Positions 22,812-38,557 of a stretch of DNA of 64,000 nucleotides are shown one piece after another (the first letter of the stretch is position 1; every line of letters begins with the position of its first letter). Origin of the DNA: Asterias amurensis (Eukaryota); assembly GCF_032118995.1 (NCBI RefSeq), contig NC_092655.1, positions 14,461,223 to 14,525,222 on the forward strand. The letters run 5' to 3'. Below the pieces are notes generated by a model that saw only the letters and a program-made list of their open reading frames with translations, was not told where the DNA came from and searched no databases. The position numbers and the translations under genes are program-made.

Positions 22812-24973
22812 GCCCACACATTGCACGATTCCAGTCAAAGATATTATTCAGTCTACCGAACCTGCGCTCAAACATCTAGACAAGACATTCGTCAACCATA
22901 TCCGCATCCAGATTCTTCAAACTCTTCAAACACCAAGTTACCAAGACCCAACACAAGCAAGCAAGAACACGCCGCTATCCGAGCCCTGCACAAAGACAAG
23001 TCTATCCACATCATTTCAACGAACATTGGTAATGCCACCGTGTTCATGTGCACAACAGATTCTGACCACAAGGTAACCGACATCCTGTCAACTGATACCT
23101 ACCGACGCCTGCCAAGTAACTCCTGTTCAGTCATCGAACGCACCCCCACTGCTAAATTTTGCACTCTCTATCAAGCGCAGGTCATAGACAACACCATGTA
23201 CCGTCACCTCAAGCCATCCGCATCCGCCTAATCACGTTTTTTTGGCCAACCTTAAGAGCCACAAGCCAGATGTTCCTCTCCGTCCCATCGTGGCGTCCCG
23301 GGGTCACCCACCTACAATACTGCAAGACACCCCACCAAGACCCTTCATCCACTAGTTGGCCTCACTGAACATAACATTAACAACTCAAGCAAGTTCGTCG
23401 ACATTATCAAATACATACATCTCCGCCCAACTGAGATCCTTGTCAGTTTTGACATCATGTCACTATTCACCAACATACCAACTGAAGAAGCATGCAACAT
23501 CGCCGAACAATGCCTTCAAGCCTAACCTACACTGACAGACCGCACAAGACTCACTCCAGAACAAGTCCACGACCTCCTTATCACCTGCTTCTCCGCTTTT
23601 AGATTCAGGTGGCGAGACAAATTCTACGAACAAACCTCTGGGGCCACCATGGGATCTCCTCTATCCCCGGTCCTGATGGATTTGTTCATGGAGGAGTTTT
23701 AACTTGACGGTATCAAGAACGCCAATCTTAGCCCCAACCTCAGGTTCCGCTACATTGACGACACCTTTGTGGTTTTGGCCCAACGGCAAGACAGCACTCC
23801 AAAAGTTCTTCCATCAACTGAACAGTCATTATCTACGTATCCGATTCAACATGGAACAAGAACAAAACAATGCTATCTCCTTCCTAGGTGCCGAAGTAAC
23901 AAGACAAGCTGATGGCACTCTAGCCCACACGGTACATCACAAGCCAACGCACACCAACAGATACATTCACAACTCATTATTCCACCATCCTCGCATCAAG
24001 TCTGCTGTCTCCAACACCTTGGTCCGTTGGACCTTGGACACCTGTGACAAGGGCAGCTTGAAGCAGGAACTACAACACATCAAGACATCACGTCAACCTA
24101 ATGGCTACAAAACTTTCAACCTCAGCGAGCCCAAGCCAAGTCTCACACCAGATGAACTACCAGAGTTCAAGGCTGCAATCTCCCTCCCAAACATTGGCCT
24201 ATCTTCTCACAAGCTTCAACGTATCTTCATTCAAGCTCAAGTCAAGACCTTCCATACAGCATCAAACAAGATTCAAGCATCGCTCCACACACACAAGGAC
24301 AAGCAAGACACTCGAGACAAAGCCAGCGTTTACCACATTCCCTGCGATTACTGTGAAGTATACATCGTGGAACCAGGGCGCAATATCTCAACAAGAATCA
24401 AGGAACACAAAGCACATGGCACACTGGAACACCTCAACAATTCAGCCATCATCAAATATTCACACGAACACGACAGCATCATCAAGTGGAATCAAGCCAA
24501 ACTCATAGCTCATGTACAGTCCTGTCACCAATGCAGAGTCGGGGAGGCCATCGATATACAAGCACGCCATACAGTTCCAGAAGACATCGGTTTCTTCATT
24601 AACGACATCTGGTCACACATCCTCAAGCCAACCCTTCCAGCAGCAGCTCACCACAAGAATGTCACACTCCAATGCACACACATCCAGCCAGCAATCAACT
24701 CACATGCATTACCGGCCAAGAACAGCTTTGATCCATCCCGCCCAAATGCTCATCCATCCAGCACTTCTAAAGTTCGACCATTGCCTGTAGTCCAACATTC
24801 TCCTGAAGACGAGCAGAATAAACTGTTAGAAACATCGAGACCAAACCTGCTCTTTCCAGAGCCAATACTCACCTTAAGAGGTTTACACATGGTTGTCCCT
24901 GTAAATTCTTATTTCTCCACACCATGCAAAGCTTCAAACAATACATATCCAAGATGGGATTAAATCGCAACAA
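22812..24973 (+). mobile_element. PLE of the P lineage (P1b), the copy-B counterpart of 755-2917
   Basis: ORFs 22665..23231 and 23704..24963 are near-identical to 610..1176 and 1648..2907. Confidence 0.85.
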
Positions 24974-26166
24974 ACCTAGGTAGAATAGCTAGAGAATGAT
25001 CTCTTTATACTCAAAACTCTATTTCGAGATGCATTTTTCTCATTGTCTGTATTTTTTCTTTAATTTTTTTACGGCGACGGTGAACCATCTGCCTATTGGA
25101 GACCAATGGAAACTGCACCATTCCAGTTGCGGCCATGAAGACATCAATGGGAGCTGTGTATCTTTGAGGAAAACGACAGAAAAAGGTAAGTTTACATTAA
25201 GGGACCGTAAGTTGTTGAGATTTATCCGGAAATCAAGATTATGTCTAGATTTAAAAGGGGCTCCATGCTAAAATTTAGCTTTGAAAATCACCAGTTTTCC
25301 AATTGCTAGAGTCCTCATGAAAAAAATCTAAACCTCGCAGCATGAATATTGTTCTATGGTGAAAAGTATTTAATGAGAATAGTGATTTTGTAATAACTTG
25401 ATTGGCATATATTTCAGGAGTCTGCAGTTCTGCTGGGGATGTGGTGTGCTACCTGCCGATGACCAAAAGCCATGATGCAACAGTGCCTGACTATGCGGAC
25501 AGCATCCCAGCTGTCATTTAAGTGCACCAAACATAGGTAGATAGCTGGAGAATGATCTCTTTAATCTCTAAACTCTGTTGGGGAAGTGCATTTTGCTAAT
25601 AGTTTGTATTTGTCGTTTATTTTTTACGGCGACGGTGAACTGGTTAAATGTTTAACCATCTGCCCATGGGAGTCCAGTGGAAACTGCACATGCCGGCCAT
25701 GAAGTAATCATTGGGACCTTTGTACGCTGTGAGCAAAATGACAAGACAGGGTAAGTTTATTTTTAGTTTGATTGTTGGCAAATTTTGTGATTTTGACTGG
25801 AGCATAACTATTTTCCTCTTCTGGATTAGTGATGTGAAAAAAATAACATTGTATTACATAAATGTGCCAAATACAACCTTGCAACATGAACTATAATTGT
25901 TCTACAGTAAAAAGTATTTGGTGAAAATAATTTCACTGAAATGTCTTAATTGACATATATTTCAGGAGTCTGCAGATCTGCTTGGGACACCTGCTGATAA
26001 CAAGCACCAACATGAAAACAGCCGAGAGGATGCCTGCCTATGCGGACAACATCCCAGTTGTCATTGAAGTGCACCAAACATAGGTAGATAGCTAGAGAAT
26101 GATCTCTTTAATCTCGAAACTTCATTTCGCAGTGCATTTCATTTGCTTGGATCCTTTTTGTTCTTA
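24974..26166 (+). repeat. Tandem M modules, the copy-B counterpart of 2918-4110
   Basis: Colinear identity. Donors 'ggtaagttta' lie at about 25186 and about 25755. Acceptors 'tttcaggagtctgcag' lie at about 25417 and about 25959. Confidence 0.7.
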
Positions 26167-26495
26167 AGCAGCTCTATGAAAGTTGGCCCTGATGATCCAA
26201 GTCTTGATATGGTACTGATGCGAGTACATTGTAATTTTGTTGTAGATGATTGTGACGACTGCGTGTCAACATGGACCATGAAGATGTGACGTCACAGTAC
26301 AGAAAGATACATCATGGCTTGGGGAGATAGACTTATTCCTCAGCTACTCACCAGGGTCCTAAGTGGAATTTGAAGGTATGATCTGTTTTAGCGAAGCTTG
26401 AGATGAAAGTTTAGAAATCCATACAAGTGCAGACAATAGAAATTTCTTAGGTTTCATTATTCAAACATAGTCCCATATACCTTAATAATAATAAT

Positions 26496-26816
26496 AAACA
26501 GTTCTTATATAGCGCAAATTACAAAATAAAGTCTCTAAGGGCTTCTATGATTGAAAAGATGGGTTTTAAGTTTAGATTTAAATGTTCGTAGCGTGGCACA
26601 GTCTATGATATTGTTGGGAAGAGAGTTCCAAAGTCTTGGAGAAGCATATTTGAAGGAGCGATGACCGTTGACCTTGTCTGAAAAATGTATGTTAAAGCGT
26701 GCGCCAGGAGGGTCACTGAGTGAGGGATATGCATACTTAATAAAAAGCAATTCTTGATATAGTATACACACATCTTTGACCTTTAAATCCAAATCTCGCT
26801 CTAATGAGTTTTTTCT
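26496..26816 (-). repeat. PRLWNSLP-type repeat fragment (copy B)
   Basis: ORF 26535..26792 is identical to 4479..4736. Confidence 0.4.
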
Positions 26817-27220
26817 TTCTTTTTGATCATATTTAATACAGGATTAACACGTTCGAACATCTTCAAGTTGGATGCATGAAGATGCTGTGCCACCTTATGC
26901 AACACCAATAAAACACTTGCTTCACCACCTCATCTAAGGCATCATGACAACAGATGAACATTGTCAACAGAATGAACCCAAAGAACACAAACGAGACGAA
27001 GAGGCAGACCAAGTTGGCGTTAGATGGATGACATCAGAGAATTTGGAAGCGTCACTTGGATGCGACAAGTGCAAGAACGATCAAGGTGGAATGGTGAAGA
27101 GGCCTTACTTCTGCAGTATGTAGCCACATTATCTAGATAGATATTTTGCCACTTACACAAAAATATTTACTCTGTACAAAGTCAAGACAACATAAGGTTA
27201 TTTGTAAAAGTAAACTCACT

Positions 27221-29775
27221 ACCAATAAAAAGTAAACAAGTGTGTTAAGGACTGTATATAAGTGGTGATTTATGTAATGAAGTTTTGTGTTGTAATAATG
27301 AATTAAATATAAATTGTAACTTTTATTTTGTGTCACTCTGTAATTCAATTATTTGTTATTCTTATTGTTTACATGGTATCTGTTCTGGGGTACCCTCACA
27401 TGGTGGCCACCATGTTTTTTTTACTGGTTACTATATGAAGACATGTAAATATTGTGACACACTTGGGGTTTAGTAACTCTTGTTAAAGTTTGTAATGTCA
27501 AAGGTAATGACCTTGTGTGTGTTTGAGTACTCATTAGCCAGGTTTATTATTACAAAAGTCTAGACATTGTTCATGGTATTTGTTAGGGATAATCAGTCCA
27601 GTTTTTGAGTACTCTTAACGACGTTAAACAAGTGTGTTAAGGACTGTATATAAGTGGCGATTTATGTAATGAAGTTTTGTATTGTAATAATGAATTAAAT
27701 ATAAATTGTGACTTTTGTTTTGTGTCACTCTGTAATTCAATTATTTATTATTTTAATTATTAACATGGTATCTCTTCTGGGGTACCCTCACATGGTGGCC
27801 ACCATGTTTCTTTACTGGTTACTATATGAAGACATGTAAATATTGTGACACACTTGGGGTTTAGAACTCTTTTTAAAGTTTGTTATGTCAAAGGTCATGA
27901 CCTTGTGTGTGTTTGAGTACTCATTAACCAGGTTTATTATTACAATGGTCTAGACATATTGTTCATGGTATTTATTAAGGATAATCAGTCCAGTTTTTGA
28001 GTACTCTTAACGACGTTAGAAAAATGTGTTAAGGACTGTATATAAGTGGTGATTTATGTAATGAAGTTTTGTATTGTAATAATGAATTAAATATAAATTG
28101 TAACTTTTATTTTGTGTCACTCTGTAATTCAATTATTTGTTATTCTAATTGTTTACATGGTATCTGTTCTGGGGTACCCTCACATAGTGGCCAGCATGTT
28201 TCTTTACTGGTTACTATATGAAGACATGTAAATATTGTGACACACTTGGGGTTTAGTAACTCTTGTTAAAGTTTGTAATATCAAAGTTTTTGAGTACTCT
28301 TAACGACGTTAAACAAGTTTGTTAAGGACTGTATATAAGTGGTGATTTATGTAATAAAGTTTGGTATTGTAATAATGAATTAATTATAAATTGTAACTTT
28401 TATTTTGTGTCACTCTGTAATTCAATTATTTGTTATTCTAATTGTTTACATGGTATCTATTCTGGGGTACCCTCACATGGTGGCCACCATGTTTTTTTAC
28501 TGGTTACTATATGAAGACATGTAAATATTGTGACACACTTGGGGTTTAGAACTCTTTTTAAAGTTTGTTATGTCAAAGGTCATGACCTTGTGTGTGTTTG
28601 AGTACTCATTAACCAGGTTTATTATTACAATGGTCTAGACATATTGTTCATGGTATTTATTAAGGATAATCAGTCCAGTTTTTGAGTACTCTTAACGACG
28701 TTAGAAAAATGTGTTAAGGACTGTATATAAGTGGTGATTTATGTAATGAAGTTTTGTATTGTAATAATGAATTAAATATAAATTGTAACTTTTATTTTGT
28801 GTCACTCTGTAATTCAATTATTTGTTATTCTAATTGTTTACATGGTATCTGTTCTGGGGTACCCTCACATAGTGGCCAGCATGTTTCTTTACTGGTTACT
28901 ATATGAAGACATGTAAATATTGTGACACACTTGGGGTTTAGTAACTCTTGTTAAAGTTTGTAATATCAAAGTTTTTGAGTACTCTTAACGACGTTAAACA
29001 AGTTTGTTAAGGACTGTATATAAGTGGTGATTTATGTAATAAAGTTTGGTATTGTAATAATGAATTAATTATAAATTGTAACTTTTATTTTGTGTCACTC
29101 TGTAATTCAATTATTTGTTATTCTAATTGTTTACATGGTATCTATTCTGGGGTACCCTCACATGGTGGCCACCATGTTTTTTTACTGGTTACTATATGAA
29201 GACATGTAAATATTGTGACACACTTGGGGTTTAGTAACTCTTGTTAAAGTTTGTTATGTCAAAGGTCATGACCTTGTGTGTGTTTGAGTACTCATTAACC
29301 AGGTTTATAATTACAAAGGTCTAGCCATTGTCCATGGTATTTATATGGATAATCAGTCCAGTTTGTGAGTACTTTAAGAGTCTTAACGACGTTAAAAAAG
29401 TGTGTTAAGGACTGTATATAAGTGTTGATTTATGTAATGAAGTTTTGTATCGTAATAATGAATTAATTATAAATTGTAACCTTTTATTTTGTGTCACTCT
29501 GTAATTCAATTATTTATTATTCTAATTATTAACATGGTATCTGTTCTGGGGTACCCTCACATGGTGGCCACCATGTTTTTTACTGGTTACTATAGGAAGA
29601 CATGTAAATATTGTGACACACTTGGGGTTTGTAGTAACTCTTTTTCAAAGGTCATGACCTTGTGTGTGTTTGAGTACTCAATAACCAGGTTTATTATTAC
29701 AAAGGTCTAGACATTTTCCACGGTATTTATTAAGGGTATGCAGTCCATTTTTGGAGTACTCTTAACGACGTTATT
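27221..29775. repeat. 390-bp satellite, about 6.5 monomers in copy B
   Basis: Same monomer as at 5165-7330. It has one more unit than copy A (the offset changes from 22056 to 22446). Confidence 0.9.
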
Positions 29776-30596
29776 TGATAACAAGGTTATGACATTGTTT
29801 ATGGTGTTTACATGTATATACGGTTTCGAGTACTCATTAACGAGGTTTTGTAATTACAAAGGTCATGCCATTTTCTATGGTTTTTATTAAGGGTGTTTGA
29901 TTCAGGGAATGACCGGGTTGGTGGCTGGCGCTGTAAGGTTGACATTGTTTGCAGTGTTGTTAATTATGGGTGTTTGAGTACTCATTAACGATGTATTATG
30001 ATCTCTTTTCACTGTTAATTGTGGGGTGGGAGATGACAACCTTCACGTGGTCCACCCTGTTGTTAACTAATTGTCATCAAACAATAGAGCTTTATAACCA
30101 TGTTTATAAAGCTCTATGCACCAAACCAATTTGTTAATGACATTGTGATGACATTTTCTTTGGTGTTTATTTAGAGAGTTTGAGTACTCATTAAGGTTGA
30201 CATTGTTTGCAGTGTTAATTTAGTGTGTTTGAGTACTCATTAACGATGTATTAGGATCTCTTTTAACTGTTAATTGTGGGGTGGGAGATGACAACCTTCA
30301 CGTGGTCCACCCTGTTGTTAACTAATTGTCATCAAACAATAGAGCTATATAAACAAAGCTCTATGCAGCAAAAACAAAATTTTAATTACAAGGTCATGAC
30401 ATTTTCCTTGGTGTTTATCTAGGGGATTTGAGTACTTATTAACGATGTAGATTTTAAACGATCTCTTTAAACTGTTATTTGTGGGGTGGGAGGTGACAAC
30501 CTTCACGTGGTCCATATCCTGTTGTTAACTAATTGTCATCAAACATTAGAGCTATGAATATACAAGTTTAAAGCTCTATGCATCAAACCATACCCT
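29776..30596. repeat. Partial monomer plus the 250-bp satellite in 3 copies (copy B)
   Basis: Colinear with 7331-8150. Confidence 0.85.
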
Positions 30597-33500
30597 TTTC
30601 ATGAAATGCCCGCAGTAGATTTGAACAAATGTGTGGAAATGTTGTTTGTTCTTTTATGCAAATCACTTGTTTATTTTGTAAGATGTTACGGGAAACAGCA
30701 GGGTCACGGCAAACGTGCGGCGTGCGCCGTCTCCGTTTTTAAGTAAACTCATTTTGGGGAAGATGTATGCTGTTTAGTGTAACCCGTTCGTATGTACGCA
30801 AAAGAAACAAAACAAAGCGCCCGCCTAGCGCGTTAGCGCTGCTGGAATAGAACGCGCGTATGTCATGTAACCCTGACGTCATAATCAATTCCATAAAAAA
30901 AATTACGAAATTGTAACATTTTGCCCATTTTTTTGACACCGAAAAAATATGTTTCCCGCAGTAAAAATGTAAAAAGCTAACAACGGCAAAATTCTTCAAG
31001 ATACTAAAAATATGCATTAAAATCTCTAACGTAATGGGAAACAGTCAGGGTCACGGCAAACGTGAAGGGTTCATCAAAAAGGAGTTATATTCATAACACA
31101 CTTTGCGACGGTTTTTCTTTAAAATGTGCATACGGTTAAACAAATTTGACAACCCTTCATTTAGCAAAACATCTCAAGATAATCCTCCTTCATTTTAAGT
31201 GTTGTTCAAATATTTCCCACCAAGCGGAGCGTTTTACTGACGTGCTTATGAACACTCGGATTTTCTCATGAATTCTCAAAGGGTCTGGGAGCGCCTATTC
31301 TGATCACGATTTTGCAAAGAAACGCTGCGCGTCAGCTTCATTATCTCGTAGTTGTGCACTGACTGAGCCAAAAGGGAATTAATGACTTGATGAACTTTTA
31401 AGAATGTTCATGATCAGTCCATGCATCAAACAGTTCATGACATGTTCATCACATCAGTTCATGAACCAAGTTCATGAACTGATCCATTCCATTAATGGAC
31501 AAGTTAAAAAAGTTTTGTGTGTTTTCATAAAAGTCAATTTATAAGCTTTCTTTGCAGTTAATGAACTCTAATGAATAATCGTAACTCAACTGTGTATTAA
31601 CTTAACTCCCTGTTTACAAATTGGTATACATTTTTCTTCTAACTTTAATTATTTACAGTTTCTGTATGTCAGTGATAGTAGTGATCATTAGTATCATAAT
31701 TACCAAGCACTTTACTCTGACAATTTTTTTTCCTGCCCTTTAGGTGTACAGTATAAATTAGTTTTAAAAATTTCAATTTATTTGCCAGGTTAACATTACG
31801 CATTTATAAAATAAAGACATTGATCATGTGAAACAAGAAACAACTGTGTGATGTAGAATGATCATTGTAAAGTAATAGAAAACACCCTGCCCTGTAAAAC
31901 ACTCTGCATTGTTTTTTTGTCAAATGAAAATGTGCCTGTGTGAATTATGATTAATTTTGTTCACCTAAAAGAACTCGGGCAAAATCCGAGTCGGTTTCCC
32001 TTGATTTTGAAACTTGGCACGGTGACAGTTTTATTAAAGAGATAGTTACACAGTAAGTAGTAGTGTTTGTTTTGAAGAACATCGTTGGTTATCAACTCTT
32101 ATTCTAGAAATTAAAACGTCACTTTGTATACAACATAAATTTGTCTTGCAACAGTCTCTTTAAATCCTCCATAACAACACATCGAACAAATGGAAGAAAC
32201 AAATCAAGCAGGGACAATCTTCATAATTTGCACAAATTTAAAGTTGTCATTTTTGCCGCTATTTAGACTAATGTATGTATACATAAGCCGTGATAGTAGT
32301 AAAATTTACGTATATAATTTTCACCTAAAATCTTCAAGCAAATGTTTCTTGAAACAACCCCAAACAAAAGTGTCAATAACATAGACAAAAGGAATGACGG
32401 GAGGTTTTATATGGCCTCAACATTATTACTTATTTTTCTACCTTGTAGAAATGCCGAAAACTACAAACTTTTTGCATTAACAAGTGCAAATAACCAGTGG
32501 AGCCTTACGTGTTTCTAAGTTTTGCTCTTTGCTTGGCAAATAAAACCATATTTGTTGTAATCTAGCGACTGTTTACATCGCGCACAGAGAGGTAAAAGAT
32601 TTGCCACGATTTTACGGACACCTTGAAAACAGGACCTCCTCCTTATCGCACATTATTACAGTTAATCGCATACATATTACAATTTATTGCAAAATATTAC
32701 ATTTTTTGCATACATAAATGAATATCGCACATTATGTGACAATACTGTGACGTCATACTCTTATAAGAGATCAGCGATTATGCAAGACCAGCGCTTTTTG
32801 GATCCATCAGTTTCTTTGTTATTTGGGTGCGGTGATTGCATGCTCCTTGGCTAATTTAAATGTGAATAACCCAGTTGTGAAAGATTTACAATAGTTTTTC
32901 TGTAAGCTTGTGATTGAGTGGAAATTTCCGTTATGGTCCAATAGACTCGCTGATATGCCACGGTTGGGAGTGCTTGTTTGTGGACCTATGTGCTGTGCTT
33001 TTCTTTGCTTTGCTGTCCTGTTTTGTGAGTACTGGTTTCTTCGATATTTTCAGGTTTCTTTAGGACTCCTAGATTTATAACGACTACAATATAACCGTAT
33101 TGAGTGTTTTGAAACTGGATCTCAAAAAAATAAGTCTCGAAGTGTGGAATAATTCACAGACGCGGCACATTGCTTGCCGTTCTGTGGCAATGGAAAAAAA
33201 GAATTATATAAATTAAACAAATTTGTATAGGACATAGTGCATATTATACATAATTTATAAATTATACTATATAAATTCATAGTTTTTATAGGAATATATA
33301 TTCCCACAGGTTCCTCATACCTATGTTTAATAAATCATCCTCTCCTTTCATGGACCATTGTTTGTCCTCATCACTTTACTCTCATTGGTTCATAGCCACC
33401 CACAAAGACTTTGATTTACTAGAATCTAACCCTTTTTCTGGTTCCTTCCTTTAAAACCTTTCTCCTCTTTTTCTAGGGAAATGTAATTGTTTGAACATTC

Positions 33501-34949
33501 ATAAAGCATTAATATTAAGTTTAAATATTAAGTTTAAATATATATAAAGTTTACAATAGTAATTATTAAACAAAAAAGTTTTAACAAAAAAAAAATTAAC
33601 AAAATGTATATAAAAACAATTTTTTTAATGAAAGTCTCTGATTGGTCAAAACCCAGTCACGTGTGAGAGTGTTAACGGTGGTATAAATACCGGCTTTGGA
33701 AAATAGCGAACAAGTGGCCACTTAACCAGCATACATTGTGTAAACCTTGCGCGTTGCACTGTATCGCACGCTTATTTATATCCCTGTTAGTTTTATTGCA
33801 ACTTCGCGCACTTACGCGTACGCGCGCTGAAAATGTATCAATTTTGAGTGCGCGCGTGTAACATGTGCGCGCGTATAAACTGACGCCGAGCTCATGCGCG
33901 CGTTTTAATGCACAAGGAACAGCTATCGTCCAATCATTTGCCTCCTTTGACCCCAGTGAAGGCGCTGAACAGATCGTTAATTAAAAGAGTCACTGGTCTC
34001 AAAGATCAGTAATGTGATTAACGCACGAAAGAGATTGGAACCATCAAAAGCTCAAAATATGACCCATTCGGCTCGGTCCGTTAACAGCGCCAGCCACCAA
34101 CCCGGTCATTACCACGCAGTGAAGACCGGGTACGAACACTGTTATTCCCTAAATAAACCACAAGGGAAGTTGACTGGGTACCTTTTTAAAATGACTGTGG
34201 GATGAACACAGACAAATTGACTAGAGCGGGATTTCAACCAACGACCTCCGGTTTAACGATTATTTTACAATCATTTAAAAGTTTATAAAACGTAAAGGGT
34301 TTACAAAGAAAAATTTACAAGTTAACAATTAAATATAGTTTAGGCAACATTTAATGCTGGAAATATACAAAGTTTACAAAATATATATCGTTTTAAAATA
34401 ATATATATATATATAAATTATTGGCGAAAGTAACTTTATCTCTCTCTCTCTGCGTCCACGTCCTTGCATAGCAACAGTTAAAACAACAAGGCTGTAAGAT
34501 CACGTCTTTCCCAAACGGAACAGTGTCCTGACCATAGAGCTATGCCTTTCTGCAGAGGGGCTCGCAACAACACAACTCCACACTTACGCTGTGTTATTGT
34601 GCCAAATCAAACACATTATCATTAAAAAGATGAATTGTATTCCCATATGCAAAAATAATTGTTCTTAAGCACCTCGTACCGGCTCATGCTGTGCTCCGGC
34701 TGTGCTCTGATTTTTGTTGTCTTATTTAGAAATGTCACCCTTTTTCCCTACATGCAATGACTGAGTCTGGTTACCTGGTATGGAGTCCTTCTCATCTTCA
34801 CATGCCCTGTAACCACTAGAATCCTGTTGATGGTAAAGCGGTACTCTATTACTTGGACACACCTTTAAATCATGGAACTCTACTGAGTTGTATTACCGCA
34901 CAGAGGGATCACGTCCACCAAGAAAGGTATATTATCACCCCTACTATCA

Positions 34950-36547
<1,598 letters not shown>

Positions 36548-38557
36548 AATCTCGTCTTCAGGGGAATGCTGGAATGCAGGCGGCGCCGGTGGTGGAGCTT
36601 AAGTTGCGCTGGATGGATGAGCATTTGGGAGGGAAGGATCAGAGCTGTTCTTGGCCGGTGATGCATGAGAGTTAATTGCTGGCTGGATGTGAATTGCATT
36701 GGAGTGTGACATTCTTTAGGTGAGCTGCTGCTGGGAGGGTTGGCTCGAGGATGGGTGACCAGATGTCCATAATGAAGAAACCTATGTCTCGTGGAACTTT
36801 ATGATGTGCTTGTTTCTCGATTGCCTCCCTGACTCTGCATTGGTGTCAGGACTGTACAGGAGCTTCGAGTTCGGCTTGATTCCAATTGATGATGTGGTCG
36901 TGTTCTTGTGAATGTTTGATGATGGCTGATTTGTCGAGGTGTCTCAGTCTGCCATGTGCTTTGTGTCCTTGCTTCTTGTCGAGATGCTGCGCCAGGTTTC
37001 CGCGAAGTACACTTTACCGCAATCACAGGGAATGCGGTAAACGCCTGCTTTGTCTTGAGTGTCTCGCTTGTCCTTGTGTGTGTGGAGTGATGCTTGAATC
37101 TTGTTTGGTGCTGTGTGGAAGATCTTGACTTGAGCTTGACTGCAGATACTTTGAAACTTGTGAGAAGTGTGGCCGATATATGGGAGGGTGATTGCAGCCT
37201 TGAACTCTGGTTGTTCTTCTGTTGTGAGACTTGGCTTGGGCTGGCTAAGATTGAATGTCTTGTAGTCGTTAAGTTGAAGTGAAGTCTTGATGTGGTGTAG
37301 TTCCTGCTTCAAGCTGCCTTTGTCACAGGTGTTGAAGGCCCAGCAAACCAAGGTGTTGCAGACAGCAGACTTGAAGCGAGGATGATGGAATGATGAGTTG
37401 TGAAGGTATCTATCGGGGTGTTTTGGCTTGCGATGTACCGTTTGGGCTATAGTGCCATCAGCTTGTCTTGTTACTTGGACGTCTAGGACGGAGATAGTGT
37501 TGTTTTGTTCTTGTTCCATGGTGAATTGGATGTGTGGATGTTGACTGTTCGGGTGATGGAAGAACTCTTGGAGTGCTGTCTTGTCGTAAGGCCTAACCAC
37601 AAAGGTGTCGTTAATGTAGCGGAGCCAGAGGTTAGGGCAAAGATTGACCTTCTCGATGCTGTCAAGTTCAAACTCCCCCATGAACAAATCTGCCAGGACC
37701 GAGGATAGAGGATATCTCATGGCGGCCCCAGGGGTTTGTTCATAGAATTTGTCTCACCACCTGAAGTTGGAAGCGTAGACGCTGGTGATGAGGAGGTCGT
37801 GGACTTGTTCTGGAGTGAGGCTTGTGCGGTCTGTCAGTGTAGGTTCGGCTTGAAGGCTTTGGTTGGCGATGTTGCATGCTTCTTCGATTGGTATGTTGGT
37901 GAACAGTGACACGACATCAAAACTGACAAGGATATCAGTTGGACGGAGATGTATGTGCTTGATGATGTCGACTAACTTGCTTGTGTTGTTGATGTGATGT
38001 TCAGTGAGGCCAACTAGTCGATGGAGTTTCTTGGTGAGGTGTGTTGCAATGTTGTAAGAAGGTGAACCCTGGGAAGCCATGATGGGGCGGAGAGGACCAT
38101 CTGGCTTGTGGATCTTGGGTTTGCAGAAGAAACGTGGGCAGGTGAATGCGGATGGCTTGAGGTGACGGTACGTGGTGTTGTCTATGACTTGCGCTTGATA
38201 GAGAGTACAGAGTTTGGTGGTGAGTGTGCGTTCAATGACTGGGCTGGGGTTCCTTGGCAGGCATTGGTAGGTATTAGTTGACAGGATTTCATTTACTTGG
38301 TGGTCATAATCCGTTGTAGACATGACCATAGTGGCATTACCCTTGTCCGCTGACATGATGTGGATGGACTTGTCTTTGTGCAGGGCTCAGATATCAGCAT
38401 TTTCTCGCCTGCTTGTGTAGGGTCTTGGTAACTTGGCGTTTGAAGTCTTTGCAGAATTTGGATGCGGACTTGGTTGGCGACTGTCTTGTCCAGATGTTTG
38501 AGTGCAGGTTCAGGGGACTGATTGATGTCTTTGACTTGAATCATGCGAGGTGTGCTG
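36548..38557 (-). mobile_element. PLE of the N lineage (N1b)
   Basis: The - strand ORFs 36944..37720, 37754..38356 and 38293..38586 are near-identical to the N1a ORFs. Confidence 0.85.
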